Source: the human T2T-CHM13v2.0 reference genome, Homo sapiens. From it: DNA of 64,000 nt. The first letter of the stretch is position 1. The number at the start of each line of letters is the position of its first letter. Positions 32,508 to 48,950 of the stretch are shown here, piece after piece. The stretch lies in assembly GCF_009914755.1 (NCBI RefSeq), contig NC_060937.1; one strand, written 5' to 3'. Below the pieces are notes generated by a model. That model had not been told where the DNA came from. It was given only the letters and a program-made list of their open reading frames with translations, and ran no database searches. The position numbers were made by a program, and so were the translations under genes.

Positions 32508-32829
32508 AGAAAACTGGAGTTTCTGATTACATTGTGCCAGATATCTATTTTATGGATTCAGGTCCACTATTTATAGAACCAAGTAAAAACTGTTTTAGAA
32601 TTCAGAACTTGGAAAAATATGTAGCTACCTTCAAACTAGTAAAGAATTTCTTTCCCTCTCTCATTTTCTCCTTCCCATCTCTCTCCTTCCTGTCCATCCA
32701 TCCCTTTGTTCATCCATGCATCCTAAGTAGTGGGATCTGTGTAACTACTTGAGTTACCTTTTTGCTTAGTCTAGCTTGTAGAAAGCTTAGAGTTAAGGTT
32801 TATACTCAACTTCTTTAATAAAAATAGTA

Positions 32830-33080
32830 ATTATAACAGCTAACATTTATTGAGTAATTACTAGGCCTCTTTCAATGTGCTAAGTAAGCACTTTACATAC
32901 TTCCATTATTTAATCCTTAAAGCTGCCCCACTAAGTAGCAGCCAATGTGATCCTTATTTTCCAGATGAGAAAGCTGGGGTTTATGGAGGCACTTGGCTTG
33001 TGCAGGTGGCAGCTGGTTAGCAGTGGAGCCTGGGTTCAAATCCAGGTAGTCTCTCTTAGATCCTGTGCTTTTAACATGAC
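32830..33080 (-). mobile_element. MIR, near full-length
   Basis: ACAGCTAACATTTATTGAG..ATTTTCCAGATGAGAAAGCTGGGG..GGGTTCAAATCCAGGTAGTCT. Confidence 0.8.
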
Positions 33081-33391
33081 TCGGAGCTGCCACTCTGTGC
33101 CTCTTCCAGCCTGGATCTTCTGTTACAGGTGTCTTCACTCTGTAGTGCTGATCTTTTATTCTTATTTAATAGGTCAATTGTAAAAGGGCCATCTGTTTTA
33201 AAGTGCTTCCAACTTGTTTTAAAATCAGATGTAATGTAAAAAAGAGAAATGGAAGAACTCTTGTTACTACATAAATTCAGTGAGTGTTTCACCTGACTGG
33301 TATGTCCCCCCTCCTCTGTAATCTTTCAAGGACTAACTCCTCTCCTTGGTATGAATTTTACGTGAAGCACCTCCTTCCTACTTCTCTATAA

Positions 33392-33736
<345 letters not shown>

Positions 33737-34450
33737 TAATTACTTTGAACAATCTCATTAAAAATAAGCTTTAAAGTATATTTAAAGCTTCCTTCTTCCT
33801 TCTCTTCCTCCTTCCTTCAACCTTTTGCAGAGGAAATCACCATCCTGAAGTGGGAGTGCATCCCACCGATGCATTTTTGTGTGTGTTTTCTCCACAGAAG
33901 GATATATCCACAAGCAATACATACTATTTGCATGTTTAAAAATGTACATAAATGATGCCATATTATTCTGCAACTTATTTTTTCACTTAATATATTTTTG
34001 AGATATATCTATGTAAATCTAATTCATTTATTTAACCTGCTATATAATATTTCATCATACAAATAAGTAACATTTTTTAAAGGTTATTTTTAAAAATTTC
34101 AGTAGGGTTTTGGGGGACAGGTAGTGTTTGGTAACATGCATAAAGTTCTTTCATGGTGATTTCTGAGATTTTGGTGCACCCATCACCCCCACAGTGTCCA
34201 CTGTTCCCAATGTGTAGCCTTTTACCCCTCATCCCCCCTCCCACCCTTCCCCCCGAGTCCCCAAAGTCCATTGTAACATTCTTTTGCCTTTGCAGCCTCA
34301 TAGCATAGTTCTCACTTGTAAGTGAAAATATACGATGTTTGGTTTTCCATTCTTGAGTTACTTCACTTAGAATAATGGTCTCCAACTCCATCCGGGTTGC
34401 TGTGATGCCATTATTTTATTCTTTTCTTTGGCTGAGTAGTGTTCCGTGGT

Positions 34451-34533
34451 GTATATATTTACATATATATCAATTCACATATATATATCTCACATATATA
34501 TCACATATATGTACATATATGTGTAAATATATA

Positions 34534-34584
<51 letters not shown>
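34451..34584. repeat. (TA)n microsatellite, perfect run 34536-34584 (about 24 units)
   Basis: Directly visible; lies in the TA-prone site of the L1PB 3' region. Confidence 0.97.
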
Positions 34585-34585
<1 letters not shown>

Positions 34586-34853
34586 CAATTTATCCCCTAG
34601 ATTGATGGGCATTTGGGCTGGTTCCATTTTTTATTTTATTTTATTATTATTATACTTTAAGTTTTAGGGTACATGTGCACAATGTGCAGGTTAGTTACAT
34701 ATGTATACATGTGCCATGCTGGTTTGCTGCACCCATTAACTCGTCATTTAGCATTAGGTATATCTCCTAATGCTATCCCTCCCCCCTCCCCCCACCCCAC
34801 AACAGTCCCCAGAGTGTGATGTTCCCCTTCCTGTGTCCATGTGTTCTCATTGT

Positions 34854-38689
<3,836 letters not shown>

Positions 38690-38736
38690 TTATTTTGCTC
38701 GTTAGTTGATGCAGTTCCTCCTAGTCTCGATGGTCT

Positions 38737-39781
38737 TTACATTTTGGCATGATTTTGCAGCGGCTGGTACTGGTTGTTCCTTTCCATGTTTAGTGCTTCC
38801 TTCAGGAGCTCTTTTAGGGCAGGCCTGGTGGTGACAAAATCTCTCAGCATTTGCTTGTCTGTAAAGGATTTTATTTCTCCTTCACTTATGAAGCTTAGTT
38901 TGGCTGAATATGAAATTCTGGGTTCAAAATTCTTTTCTTTAAGAATGTTGAATATTGGCCCCCACTCTCTTCTGGCTTGTAGAGTTTCTGCCGAGAGATC
39001 CGCTGTTAGTCTGATGGGTTTCCCTTTGAGGGTAACCCGACCTTTCTCTCTGGCTGCCCTTAACATTTTTTCCTTCATTTCAACTTTGGTGAATCTGACA
39101 ATTATGTGTCTTGGAGTTGCTCTTCTCGAGGAGTATCTTTGTGGCGTTCTCTGTATTTCCTGAATGTGAATGTTGGCCTGCCTTGCTAGATTGGGGAAGT
39201 TCTCCTGGGTAATATCCTGCAGAGTTCCAACTTGGTTGGAAGTTCCAAGTTCCAAGTTTCCAACTTGGTTCCATTCTCCCTGTCACTTTCAGGTACACCA
39301 GTCAGATGTAGATTTGGTCTTTTCACATAGTCCCATATTTCTTGAAGGCTTTGTTCATTTCTTTTTATTCTTTTTTCTCTAAACTTCCCTTCTTGCTTCA
39401 TTTCATTCATTTCATCTTCCATCACTGATACCCTTTCTTCCAGTTGATCACGTCAGCTCCTAAGGCTTCTGCATTCTTCACGTAGTTCTCGAGCCTTGGC
39501 TTTCAGCTCCATCAGCTCCTTTAAGCACTTCTCTGTTTGGTTATTCTAGTTATACATTCGTCTAAATTTTTTTCAAAGTTTTCAACTTCTTTGCCTTTGG
39601 TTTGAATTTCCTCCTGTAGCCCAGAATAGTTTGATCATCTGGAGCCTTTTTCTCTCAACTCATCAAAGTCATTCTCCATCCAGCTTTGTTCCGTTGCTGG
39701 TGAGGAACTGTGTTCCTTTGGAGGAGGAGAGGTGCTCTTCTTTTTAGAGTTTCCCGTTTTTCTGCTCTGTTTTTTCCCCAT
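38737..39781 (-). pseudogene. L1 ORF1, disrupted
   Basis: ATG at 39781; C-terminus ..MERNNQYQPLQNHAKM; frameshifting insertion at 39225-39257 plus upstream lesions. Confidence 0.95.
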
Positions 39782-39909
39782 CTTTGTGCTTTTATCTCCT
39801 TTGGTCTTTGATGATGGTGATGTACAGATGGGTTTTTGGTGTGGATGTCCTTTCTGTTTGTTAGTTTTTCTTCTAACAGACAGGATCCTCAGCTGCAGGT
39901 CTGTTGGAG

Positions 39910-40038
39910 TTTGCTAGAGGTCCACTCCAGATCCTGTTTGCCTGGGTAGCAGCAGCGGTGGCTGCAGAACAGCAGATTTTTGTGAACCGCAAATGCTGCT
40001 GTCTGATGGTTCCTCTGGAAGTTTTGTCTCAGAGGAGT
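39910..40038 (-). promoter_or_regulatory. Retained ~129-bp L1 5'UTR segment containing the ZNF93 binding site
   Basis: Sequence between the two GGAGT microhomologies (TTGCTAGAGG..GCAGCAGCGGTGGCTGC..CTCAGAGG) is present; it is known to be deleted in late L1PA3, L1PA2 and L1HS. Confidence 0.85.
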
Positions 40039-40363
40039 ACCCGGCCGTGTGAGGTGTCAGTCTGCCGCTACTGGGGGGTGCCTCCCAGTTAGGCTGCTTG
40101 GGGGTCAGGGGTCAGGGACCCACTTGAGGAGGCAGTCTGTCCGTTCTCAGATCTCCAGCTGTGTGCTGGGAGAACCACTGCTCTCTTCAAAGCTGTTAGA
40201 CAGGGACATTTAAGTCTGCAGAGGTTACTGCTGTCTTTTTGTTTGTCTGTGCCCTGCCCCCAGAGGTGGAGCCTACAGAGGCAGGCAGGCCTCCTTGAGC
40301 TGTGGTGGGCTCCACCCAGTTCGAGCTTCCCGGCTGCTTTGTTTACCTAAGCAAGCCTGGGCA

Positions 40364-40963
40364 ATGGCGGGCGCCCCTCTCCCAGCCTCACTGCCGCCTT
40401 GCAGTTTGATCTCAGACTGCTGTGCTAGCAATCAGCGAGACTCCGTGGGTGTAGGACCCTTCGAGCCATGTGTGGGATATAATCTCCTGGTGCACTGTTT
40501 TTTAAGCCCGTCGGAAAAGCACAGTATTAGGGCAGGAGTGACCCAATTTTCCAGGTACCATCTGTCATCCCTTTCTTTGACTAGGAAAGGGAACTCCCTG
40601 ACCCCTTGCACTTCCCGAGTGAGGCAATGCCTCGCCCTGCTTCGGCTCACACACGGTGCACTGCACCCACTGTCCTGTGCCCACTGTCTGGCACTCCCTA
40701 GTGAGATGAACCCGGTACCTCAGATGGAAATGCAGAAATCAACTGTCTTCTGCATCACTCACGCTGGGAGCTGTAGACCGGAGCTGTTCGTATTTGGCCA
40801 TCTTGGCTGCTTCTTCCTGGTTCTGTATTTTTGCAATTGTGAATTGTCCCACTGTAAACGTGTGTGCAAGTATCTTTTTCATATAATGACTTCTTTTCCT
40901 CTGAATAGATACCCAGTAGTGGGATTGCTGGATTATATGGTAGATCTACTTTTAGTTCTTTAA
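40364..40963 (+). CDS. L1 antisense ORF0 homologue, open for 199 codons and reading through the L1 5' end into L1PB1 sequence; expression unknown
   Basis: GCAATGG Kozak; MAGAPLPASLPPCSLISDCCASNQRDSVGVGP.. is the known ORF0 N-terminus; part of track ORF 40295..40963. Confidence 0.6.
   Translation: MAGAPLPASLPPCSLISDCCASNQRDSVGVGPFEPCVGYNLLVHCFLSPSEKHSIRAGVTQFSRYHLSSLSLTRKGNSLTPCTSRVRQCLALLRLTHGALHPLSCAHCLALPSEMNPVPQMEMQKSTVFCITHAGSCRPELFVFGHLGCFFLVLYFCNCELSHCKRVCKYLFHIMTSFPLNRYPVVGLLDYMVDLLLVL
40796..40805 (-). promoter_or_regulatory. L1 YY1 binding site
   Basis: CAAGATGGCC intact on the minus strand near the L1 5' end. Confidence 0.85.
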
Positions 40964-43900
40964 GGAGCTCCATACTGTTTTCCATAGTGGTTGTACTAGT
41001 TTATACTAGCAGTGTGAAAGTGTTCTTTTTTCACCACATCCATGCCAACATCTATTATTTTTTTTTTTTAGTTATGGCCATTTTTGCAGGAGTAAGAGGG
41101 TATTGCATTGTGGTTTTGATTTGCATTTCCCCGATAATCAGTGATGTTGAGCATTTTTTCATGTTTGTTGGACATTTGTATACCTTCTTTTGAGAATTGT
41201 CTATTCATGTCCTTAGCCCACTTTTTGATGGGATTATTTGTTTCTTTCTTGCTGATTTGTTTGAGTTCCTTGTAGATTTTGGATATTAGTCCTTTGTTGG
41301 AAGCATAGTTTGTGAAGATTTTCTCCCAGTCTGTAGATAGTCTGTTTGCTAATTATTTGTTTTGCTGTGCAGAAGCTTTGTAGTATAAGTCCTATCTACT
41401 TATCTTTGTTTTTATTACATTTGCTTTTGGGTTCTTCGTCATGAAGTCTTTGCCTAAGCCAATGTCTAGAAGGATGTTTCCAACTTTATCTTCTAGAATT
41501 TTTATGGTTTCAGGTATTAGATTTAAGTCTTTTATCCATCTTGAGTTGATTTTTGTATAAGGTAAGAGATGAGGATCCAGTTTCATTCTTCTACATGTGA
41601 CTTGCCAATTATCCCAGGTCCATTTGTTGATTAGGGTGTCCTTTCCCCACTTTATGTTTTGGTTTGCTTTGTCAAAGATCAGTTGGCTGCAAGTATTTGG
41701 TTTTATTTCTGGGTTCTCTATTCTGTTCCATTGATCTATGTGCCTATTTTTATGCCAGTACCATGCTGCTTTGGTGACTATAGTCTTATAGTATAGTTTG
41801 AAGTCAGGTAATGAGATACCTCCAGATTTGTTCTTTTTGCTTAGTCTTGCTTTGGCTATGTGGGCTCTTTTTTGGTTTCATGTGAATTTTAGGATTATTT
41901 TTCCTAGTTCTGTGAAGAATGATGATGGTATTTTGATGCGAATTGCATTGAATTTGTAGATCGCTTTTGGCAGTATGGTCATTTTCACAATATTGATTCT
42001 ACCCATCCATGAGCATGGGTTGTGTTCCCATTTGTGTAGTCTATGATTTCTTTCAGCAGTGTTTTGTAGTTTTCCTTGTAGAGGTCTTTCACCTTCTTGG
42101 TTAGGTATATTCCTAAGTTGTTTTTTTTTTTTTTTTTTTTTTTGCAGCTATTGTAAAAGGGGTTGAGTTCTTGATTTGATTCTCAGCTTGGTGGCTGTTG
42201 GTGTACAGTAGTGCTACTGATTTGTGTACATTTTGTGTCCTGAAACTGTACTGAATTCATTTATCAGATTTAGGAACTTTTTGGATGAGTCTTTAGGGTT
42301 TTCTAGGCATACAATCATATCATTGGCAAACAGCGACAGTTTGACTTCCTCTTTACCGATTTGGATGCCCTTTATTTCTTTCTCTTGTCTGATTGCTCTG
42401 GCTAGTACTTCCAGTACTATGTTGAATAGAAGTCATGAAAGTGGGCATCCTTGTCTTGTTCCAGTTCTCAGGGGGAATGCTTTCAACTTTTCTGCATTCA
42501 GTATAATGTGGGCTATGGGTTTGTCATAGATGGCTTTTATTATCTTAGTTATGTTCCTTGTATGCTGTTTTACTTAAGGTTTTAATCGTAAAAGGATGCT
42601 GGATTTTTTCAAATACTTTTTCTGCATCTATTGAGATCATGCAATTTTTGTTTTTAATTCTGTATATGTGGTGAATCACATTTATTGACTTGCAAATGTT
42701 AAATCATCCCTGCATCCCTGGTATGAAACCCACTTGATCATGGAGGATTATCTTTTTGATATGCTGTTGGATTTGGTTAGCTAGTATTTTGTGGAGGATT
42801 TTTGCATCTATGTTCATCAGGGATATTGGTCTGTAGTTTTCTTTTTTTGCTGTGTCCTTTCTGGTTTTGGTATTAGAGTGATACTGGCTTCATAGAATGA
42901 TTTAGGGAGGATTCCCTCTTTCTCTATTTTTTGGAATAGTTTCAATAGGATTGGTACCAATTCTTTGAATGTCTGATAGAATTCAGTTGTGAATTTATCT
43001 GGTCCTGGACTTTTTTGTTGTTGGCAATTTTTAAATTAGTATTGTTGCTTGTTATTGGTCTGTTAAGAGTTTCTATTTCTTTCTGGTTTAACCTAGGAGG
43101 ATTGTATATTTCCAGGAGTTTATCCATCTCCTGTAGGTTTTCTAGTTCATGCACATAAACGTTTTCATAGTAGCCTTGAACGATCTTTTGTATTTCTGTG
43201 GTATTGATTATAATATCTCCTGTTTCATTTCCAGTTGAACTTATTTGGATCTTCTCTCTTCTTTTCTTGGTTAATCTTGCTAATGGTCTATCAATTTTGT
43301 TTATTTTTTCAAAGAACCAGCTTTTTTGGTTCATTTATCTTTTGTAATTTTTGTTGTTTCAATTTCATTTAGTTCTGCTCTGATATTTGTTATGTCTTTT
43401 CTTCTGCTGAGGTTGGGGTTTTTTTTTTTGTTCTTGTTTCTCCAGTTCCTTGAGATGTGACCTTAGATTGCCTATCTGTGTTCTTCCAGACTTTTTGATG
43501 TAGGCTTATAATGCTATGAGCTTTCCTCTTAGCACTACTTTTGCTGTATCCCAGAAGTTTTGATAGGTTGTGTCACTATTATTATTCAGTTCAAAGAATT
43601 TTTTAATTTCTGTCTTGATTTCATTGTTGACCCAACGATCATTCAGAAATAGGTTATTTAATTTCCATATATTTGCATGGTTTTGAGGGTTCCTTTTGGA
43701 GTTAATTTCCAATTTTATTCCACTGTGGTCTGAGAGAGTACTTGATATAATTTTGATTTTCTTAAATTTACCAAGACTTGTTTTGTGGCCTATCATATGG
43801 TCTATCTTAGAGAATGTTCCATGTACTGACAAATAGAATTATATTCTGTAGTTGTTGGGCAGAATGTTCTGTAAATATCTGTTAGGTCCATTTGTTCTAG

Positions 43901-46051
43901 GTTATAGTTTAAGTCCATTGTTTCTTTGTTGACTTTCTGTCTTGATGACCTGTCTAGGGCTGTCAGTGGAGTATTAAAGTCCTCCACTATTTTTGCGTTG
44001 ATGTCTATCTCATTTCTTAGGTCTAGTGGTAATTGTTTTATAAATTTGGGAGCTCCAGAGTTAGGTGCATATATATTTAGAATTGTGATATTTCCCTGTT
44101 GGACTAGTCCTTTTATCATTATATCATGTCCCTCTTTGTCTTTTTCAACTACTGTTGTTTTAAAGTTTGTTTTGTCTGATGTAAGAATAGCTCTTCCTGC
44201 TTGTTTGGTGTCCATTTGTATGGAATAGCTTTTTCCTCCACTTTACCTTAAGTTTATGTGAGTCCTTATGTGTTAGGTGAGTCTCTTGAAGACAGAAGAT
44301 ACTTGGTTGATGAATTCTTATCCAGTCTGCCATTCTGTATCTTTTAAGTGGAGCATTTAGGCCATTTACATTCATTACAATGTTAGTATTGAGATATGAG
44401 GTACTATTCTATTCATTGTGCTATTTGTTGCCTGAATATCTTGTTTTTTTTTTTTTCATTGTGTTACTGTTATATAGCTCCTGTGAGATTTATGCTTTAA
44501 GGAGGTTCTATTTTGGTGTATTTTGAGGATTTGTTTCAAGACAGAGCTCCTTTTAGCCTTTCTTATAGTACTGGCTTGAGTGACGAGTTCTCTCAGCATC
44601 TGTTTGTCTGGAAAAGACTGTATCTTTCTTTCATTTGTGAAGCTTAGTTTCATGTGTACAGAATTCTTAGCTGATAATTGTCTTGTTTAAGGAGGCTAAA
44701 AATAGGACCCCAATCCCTTCTAGACTGTAGGGTTTCTGCTAAGAAATCTGCTGTTACTCTGATAACTTTTTCATTATAGGTTACCTGATGCTTTTGCCTC
44801 ATAGCTCTTAAGATTCTTTCCTTCATCTCGAGTTTAGTGACTACGTGCCTAGGCAATGACCTTGGTGCAATGAATTTCCCAGGTGTTATTTGAGCTTCTT
44901 GTATTTGGATGTCTAGATCTCTAGTAAGGCTGGGGAAGTTTTTCTCGATTATTCCCTCGAATATGTTTTCCAGACATTTAGATTTCTTCCTCAAGAACAC
45001 CAATTATTCTTAGGTTTGGACACTTAACATGGTCCCAAACTTCTTGGAGGCTTTGTTCATTTTTCAAAATTCTTTTTTCTTTGTGTTTGACAGATTGGGT
45101 TAATTCAAAACCCCTGTCTTCAAGCTCTGAAGTTCTTTCTTCTGCTTGTTTGATTCTATTGCTGAGATTTTCCAGCACATCTTGCATTTCTCTAAGTGTA
45201 TCCTTGATTTCCAAAAGTTATGGTTGTTTGCTATTTATGCTATCTGTTTCACTGAAGAATTTTCCTTTCATATCCCATGTCATGTTTTTGATTTCTTTGG
45301 AGTTTACATTTCTCTGGTGCCTCCTTGAGTAGCTTAGTAATTGACCTTCTGAATTCTTCTTCTGGCAAATCAGAGATTTTGTTTTGTGTCCATTGCTGGT
45401 GAGCTAGTGTGGTCTTTTGGGGGGTGTTAAAGAACCTTGGTTTGTCATATTACCACAATTGTTTTTCTAGTTTCTTCTCATCTGGATAGACTATGTCAGA
45501 GGAAAGATCTGGGACTCTGGGACTCGAGCGCTGCTGTTCAGATTTTTTTTGTCCCATGTGGTGCTCTCCTCCTTCCCCTAGGGATGGAGCTTCCTGAGAC
45601 CTGCACTGTGGTGATTGTTATTGCCCTTCTGGGTCTAGCCACCCAGTGGAGCTAACAGGCTCTGGGCTGTTACTGGGGAGTATCTGCAAAGGGTCCTGTC
45701 ATGGGATCCGTCTTCAGGTCTGTCAGCCATGGATACCAGCACCTGCTCTAGTGGAGGTAGCAGGGGAGTGAGGTGAACTCTGTGAGAGTCCTTGGTTGTA
45801 GTTTTGTTTAGTGCATTGGTTTTCTTGAATGCTGATTGTGCTAGCAGTGAAGTTGTCATGTGGACGGACTCAGAACCTCTGGTTAGCCAGGATGTTACAA
45901 GCGGTGGAATTAGCTGTTGTTTTCTACTCTCTTGGAGTGGGGCTGCTCTTTTATGAGTTGCTGTAATGGTTTGAGTTGGTTGGCCTCCAGCCAGGAGGTG
46001 GTACTTTCAAGAGAGCATCAGCTGTGGTGATAAATAAATAACCTTTTAAAA

Positions 46052-46322
46052 AAATTATTATTTTTTAGAGACAAGGTCTCACTCTGTCACCCAGGCTGGA
46101 GTGCAGTGGCGCAATCATAACTCACTGTAACCTCAAACTCCTGGGCTCAAGCAATCTTCCAGCCTCAGGCTCCTGAGTAGCTGGGACTACAGGCAGGCAC
46201 CACCAGGCCTGGCTAATAATTTTTTTTTAAATAGAGATAGGGTCTTACTATATTGCCCAGGCTGGTCTCAAACTCCTGGCCTCTCAAAAATTTGAGATTA
46301 CAAGCATGAGTCAGTGCCCAGC
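46052..46322 (-). mobile_element. AluJ with small internal deletion
   Basis: ATCATAACTCACTGTAACCTCAAACTCCTGGGCTCAAG diagnostics. Confidence 0.9.
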
Positions 46323-46492
46323 TTAAATAGCATTTTATTTAACCATTTCCATTCTGAGCAACAGTTAGATTGTTTCAGTATTACTATAGCACTGCAACAA
46401 ACATTCTTGTGCCTTTCTGATAAAATGCATGTGTGAGGGCATTTAGGGTACATTAACTAGAGTGAAATTGCATCTTGCAATATATGGCTATC

Positions 46493-46785
46493 TTTTTTTT
46501 ATTTTTGAGTTGGAGTCTTGCTCTGCTGCCCAGGCTGGAGTGCAGTGGCACTATCTTGGCTCACTGCAAGCTCCGCCTCCCGGGTTCATGCTATTCTCCT
46601 GCTTCAGCCTCCTGAGTAGCTGGGACTACAGGTGCCTGTCACTACACCTGGCTAATTTTTTTGTATTTTTAGTGGAGACAGGGTTTCACCGTGTTAGCCA
46701 GGATAGTCTTGATCTCCTGACCTTGTGATCCGCCCGTCTGGGCCTCCCAAAGTGCTGGGATTACAGGCATGAGCCACTGTGCCCG
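46493..46785 (-). mobile_element. AluY
   Basis: TSD ATATATGGCTATCTTT at 46480 and 46787. Confidence 0.95.
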
Positions 46786-47399
46786 GATATATGGCTATCT
46801 TTAACTTTAACCTGGCTGAACTGCTCTCTAAGAAATGGAAACAATTTTATACTCTGAGTGACAGATGCATTCCTGTTTTCCTCCACACTGCATGTTATCA
46901 GACTTACTAATATTTATCAATCAGACAGATGTTTGATGTTTCTCTTATTTGAATGCACATTTCCTTTATTACTAGAGAGAGCTTGAAAATAATTTAAAAA
47001 TGTTTGTTGGGCATTTGGGATTCCCCTCTCTGAAAAGCAGTTGTTCTATAACTGCTTTTGTGTGATGTCCTGGGGCTGGCCTGAGGACAAATTATTTATA
47101 TCATTTGCTTATTGCTGAGTTATCTTCATATTCATTAGTCACTTTTTTACAGATTCTGGATAAAAATATTTTGTTGGTTACATGGTTGGGTTGTAAATAT
47201 CTCCTCTTTATTGTGGACTGGCTTTTCACTTTGATTATAGTATCTTGTGTCATATTGGAGTTTTAATTTTAATGCTATCGAATTTATACATCTTTTCCTT
47301 TTTTGTGTGTTTTATTATTCTTCCATGCTGCAGTAACATAAAGAGTATCTCCTATGCATTTTTATAAGTTTGCTTTTCACATTTAGGACTTTAATCCGT

Positions 47400-48950
47400 T
47401 TCAGGTTCTTCTTGGAACTTAGATCCTTGCTCAAAGGACAGATGCAAGAAGTACTTTGGAATGAAGGATAGTGAATCCAGAGAAAAGAAGAGAAATATAA
47501 GAAGTTATTTTGAACAAAAAACTGGCAAAAGTGAATAAATCTAAATGAGTGTTCACTAGAAGACTATTAATCATTATGACTAATTTGGGGAATAAAAACA
47601 AAGTGAAATTTAAATGCCAGGCAGTAATAAAACGGGGGAAATGATTCACATTAAAGGGTCTGAAACTTCTAATGTAAATTGGATGTATCCATTTTATTCT
47701 CTGTGTTGATTAATCCTTCTTTCACGTTTTCCATCTTTTATATCTGTGTCTACAAATCACATTGGTAATTTCCTCAGATCTTCTCATTTAATAATTTTTT
47801 AATTAACCTGTGCATAATCTGTAGTTGGACCTATTGAATTATATATATGTATATATAGTATGTATATATAATTACAGATTATGTATTTATATATAACAAA
47901 TAAATAAATATTAAATTATATATTATTTTTATATATTTACATATTAAATAAAATATATTATTTATTTATTATTTTTATTTTTTTAGAAACAGGGTCTCAC
48001 TCTGTTGCCCAGGCTGGAATGCAGTGATGTGATCATAGCTCACTGTAGCCTTGAACTCCCAGCCTCAAGCCATCCTTCCACCTTGGCCTCCCAAGGTGCT
48101 TCTGGAAGGCCTAGTTGGTTTCTGTAAGTATTGCCCATTCTTTTATAATGGTTATAAGACATTCTGCTATGTTTTAAATCTATTTAATATGCCCGTATTA
48201 TCAATTTTTATTGCCCATTTTGTTATCAATAGAAATTGTTGTGTTCTCTGTAGTTCCTGAGCTTCTATGCTCCGATTTGCTGATTGTGCTGCCTCTTGCT
48301 ATTGTCGGATTATTTCTTCTTGGGTTTCATAGTTTGGGCTTGTGAACTCATCAGCAGAGCTTTGGCCTTTGGAATCCTGTTGGGAGTGAGGTTGAAGGTT
48401 CGTCCCCACAACATTGTTCTATGACTGCTTTTGTGTGGTGTCCTGGGGCTGGCCTGGGACTAATCTGTATGCTTATCAGCTTGTGGGATTCTTAGCCCAT
48501 GTTGGTAGATTAATTCCAACTCCAAGCACAAGTTATTTGTAGTCTGGGGTTTTATAATCTTGGGTTTTTGTTTTATTTTTCCTCCTAGAGCCCCGGCCTA
48601 GGCAGGCGAGAACCCCAGTCTCAGTGAGAGAATCCTGAAGCTGCTGTCCTTTGAGGGATCTGGCTCTCTGGAGCCATTTTGGTTTGGACTCCCCACCGAG
48701 AATAGGACCATGGCCTTATTGCCTATTGCTATGTGTGAGTATGGAAACCCCAGCCGAGGGGCCACCAACCTGACATCCCCTTGTGGCAACCTCTCAGGGC
48801 ACACATGAATCGGCACATGCAATTTCATTTGTCTCTTATGTTTGTTTTTTGAATTTTCTCTTTCTTTCTTGCAAGCTCACCTGTCATATAACGGCTTTTT
48901 TAGTTACTTTTAAACTTACCATCTGTAGGTACTTATAGCGAAATAATTTT
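47400..48950. mobile_element. Very old HAL1/L1M-like fragments, apparently in both orientations
   Basis: A-rich L1-like block at 47430-47670 then T-rich block (TAATTTCCTCAGATCTT..CTGTGCATAATCTG); low identity, recognised by composition and short motifs only. Confidence 0.4.
47840..48098 (-). mobile_element. FLAM/AluJ monomer with AT-rich low-complexity tail
   Basis: GAAACAGGGTCTCACTCTGTTGCCCAGGCTGG..CCTTGGCCTCCCAAGGTGCT; TA-rich tract 47840-47985. Confidence 0.85.
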
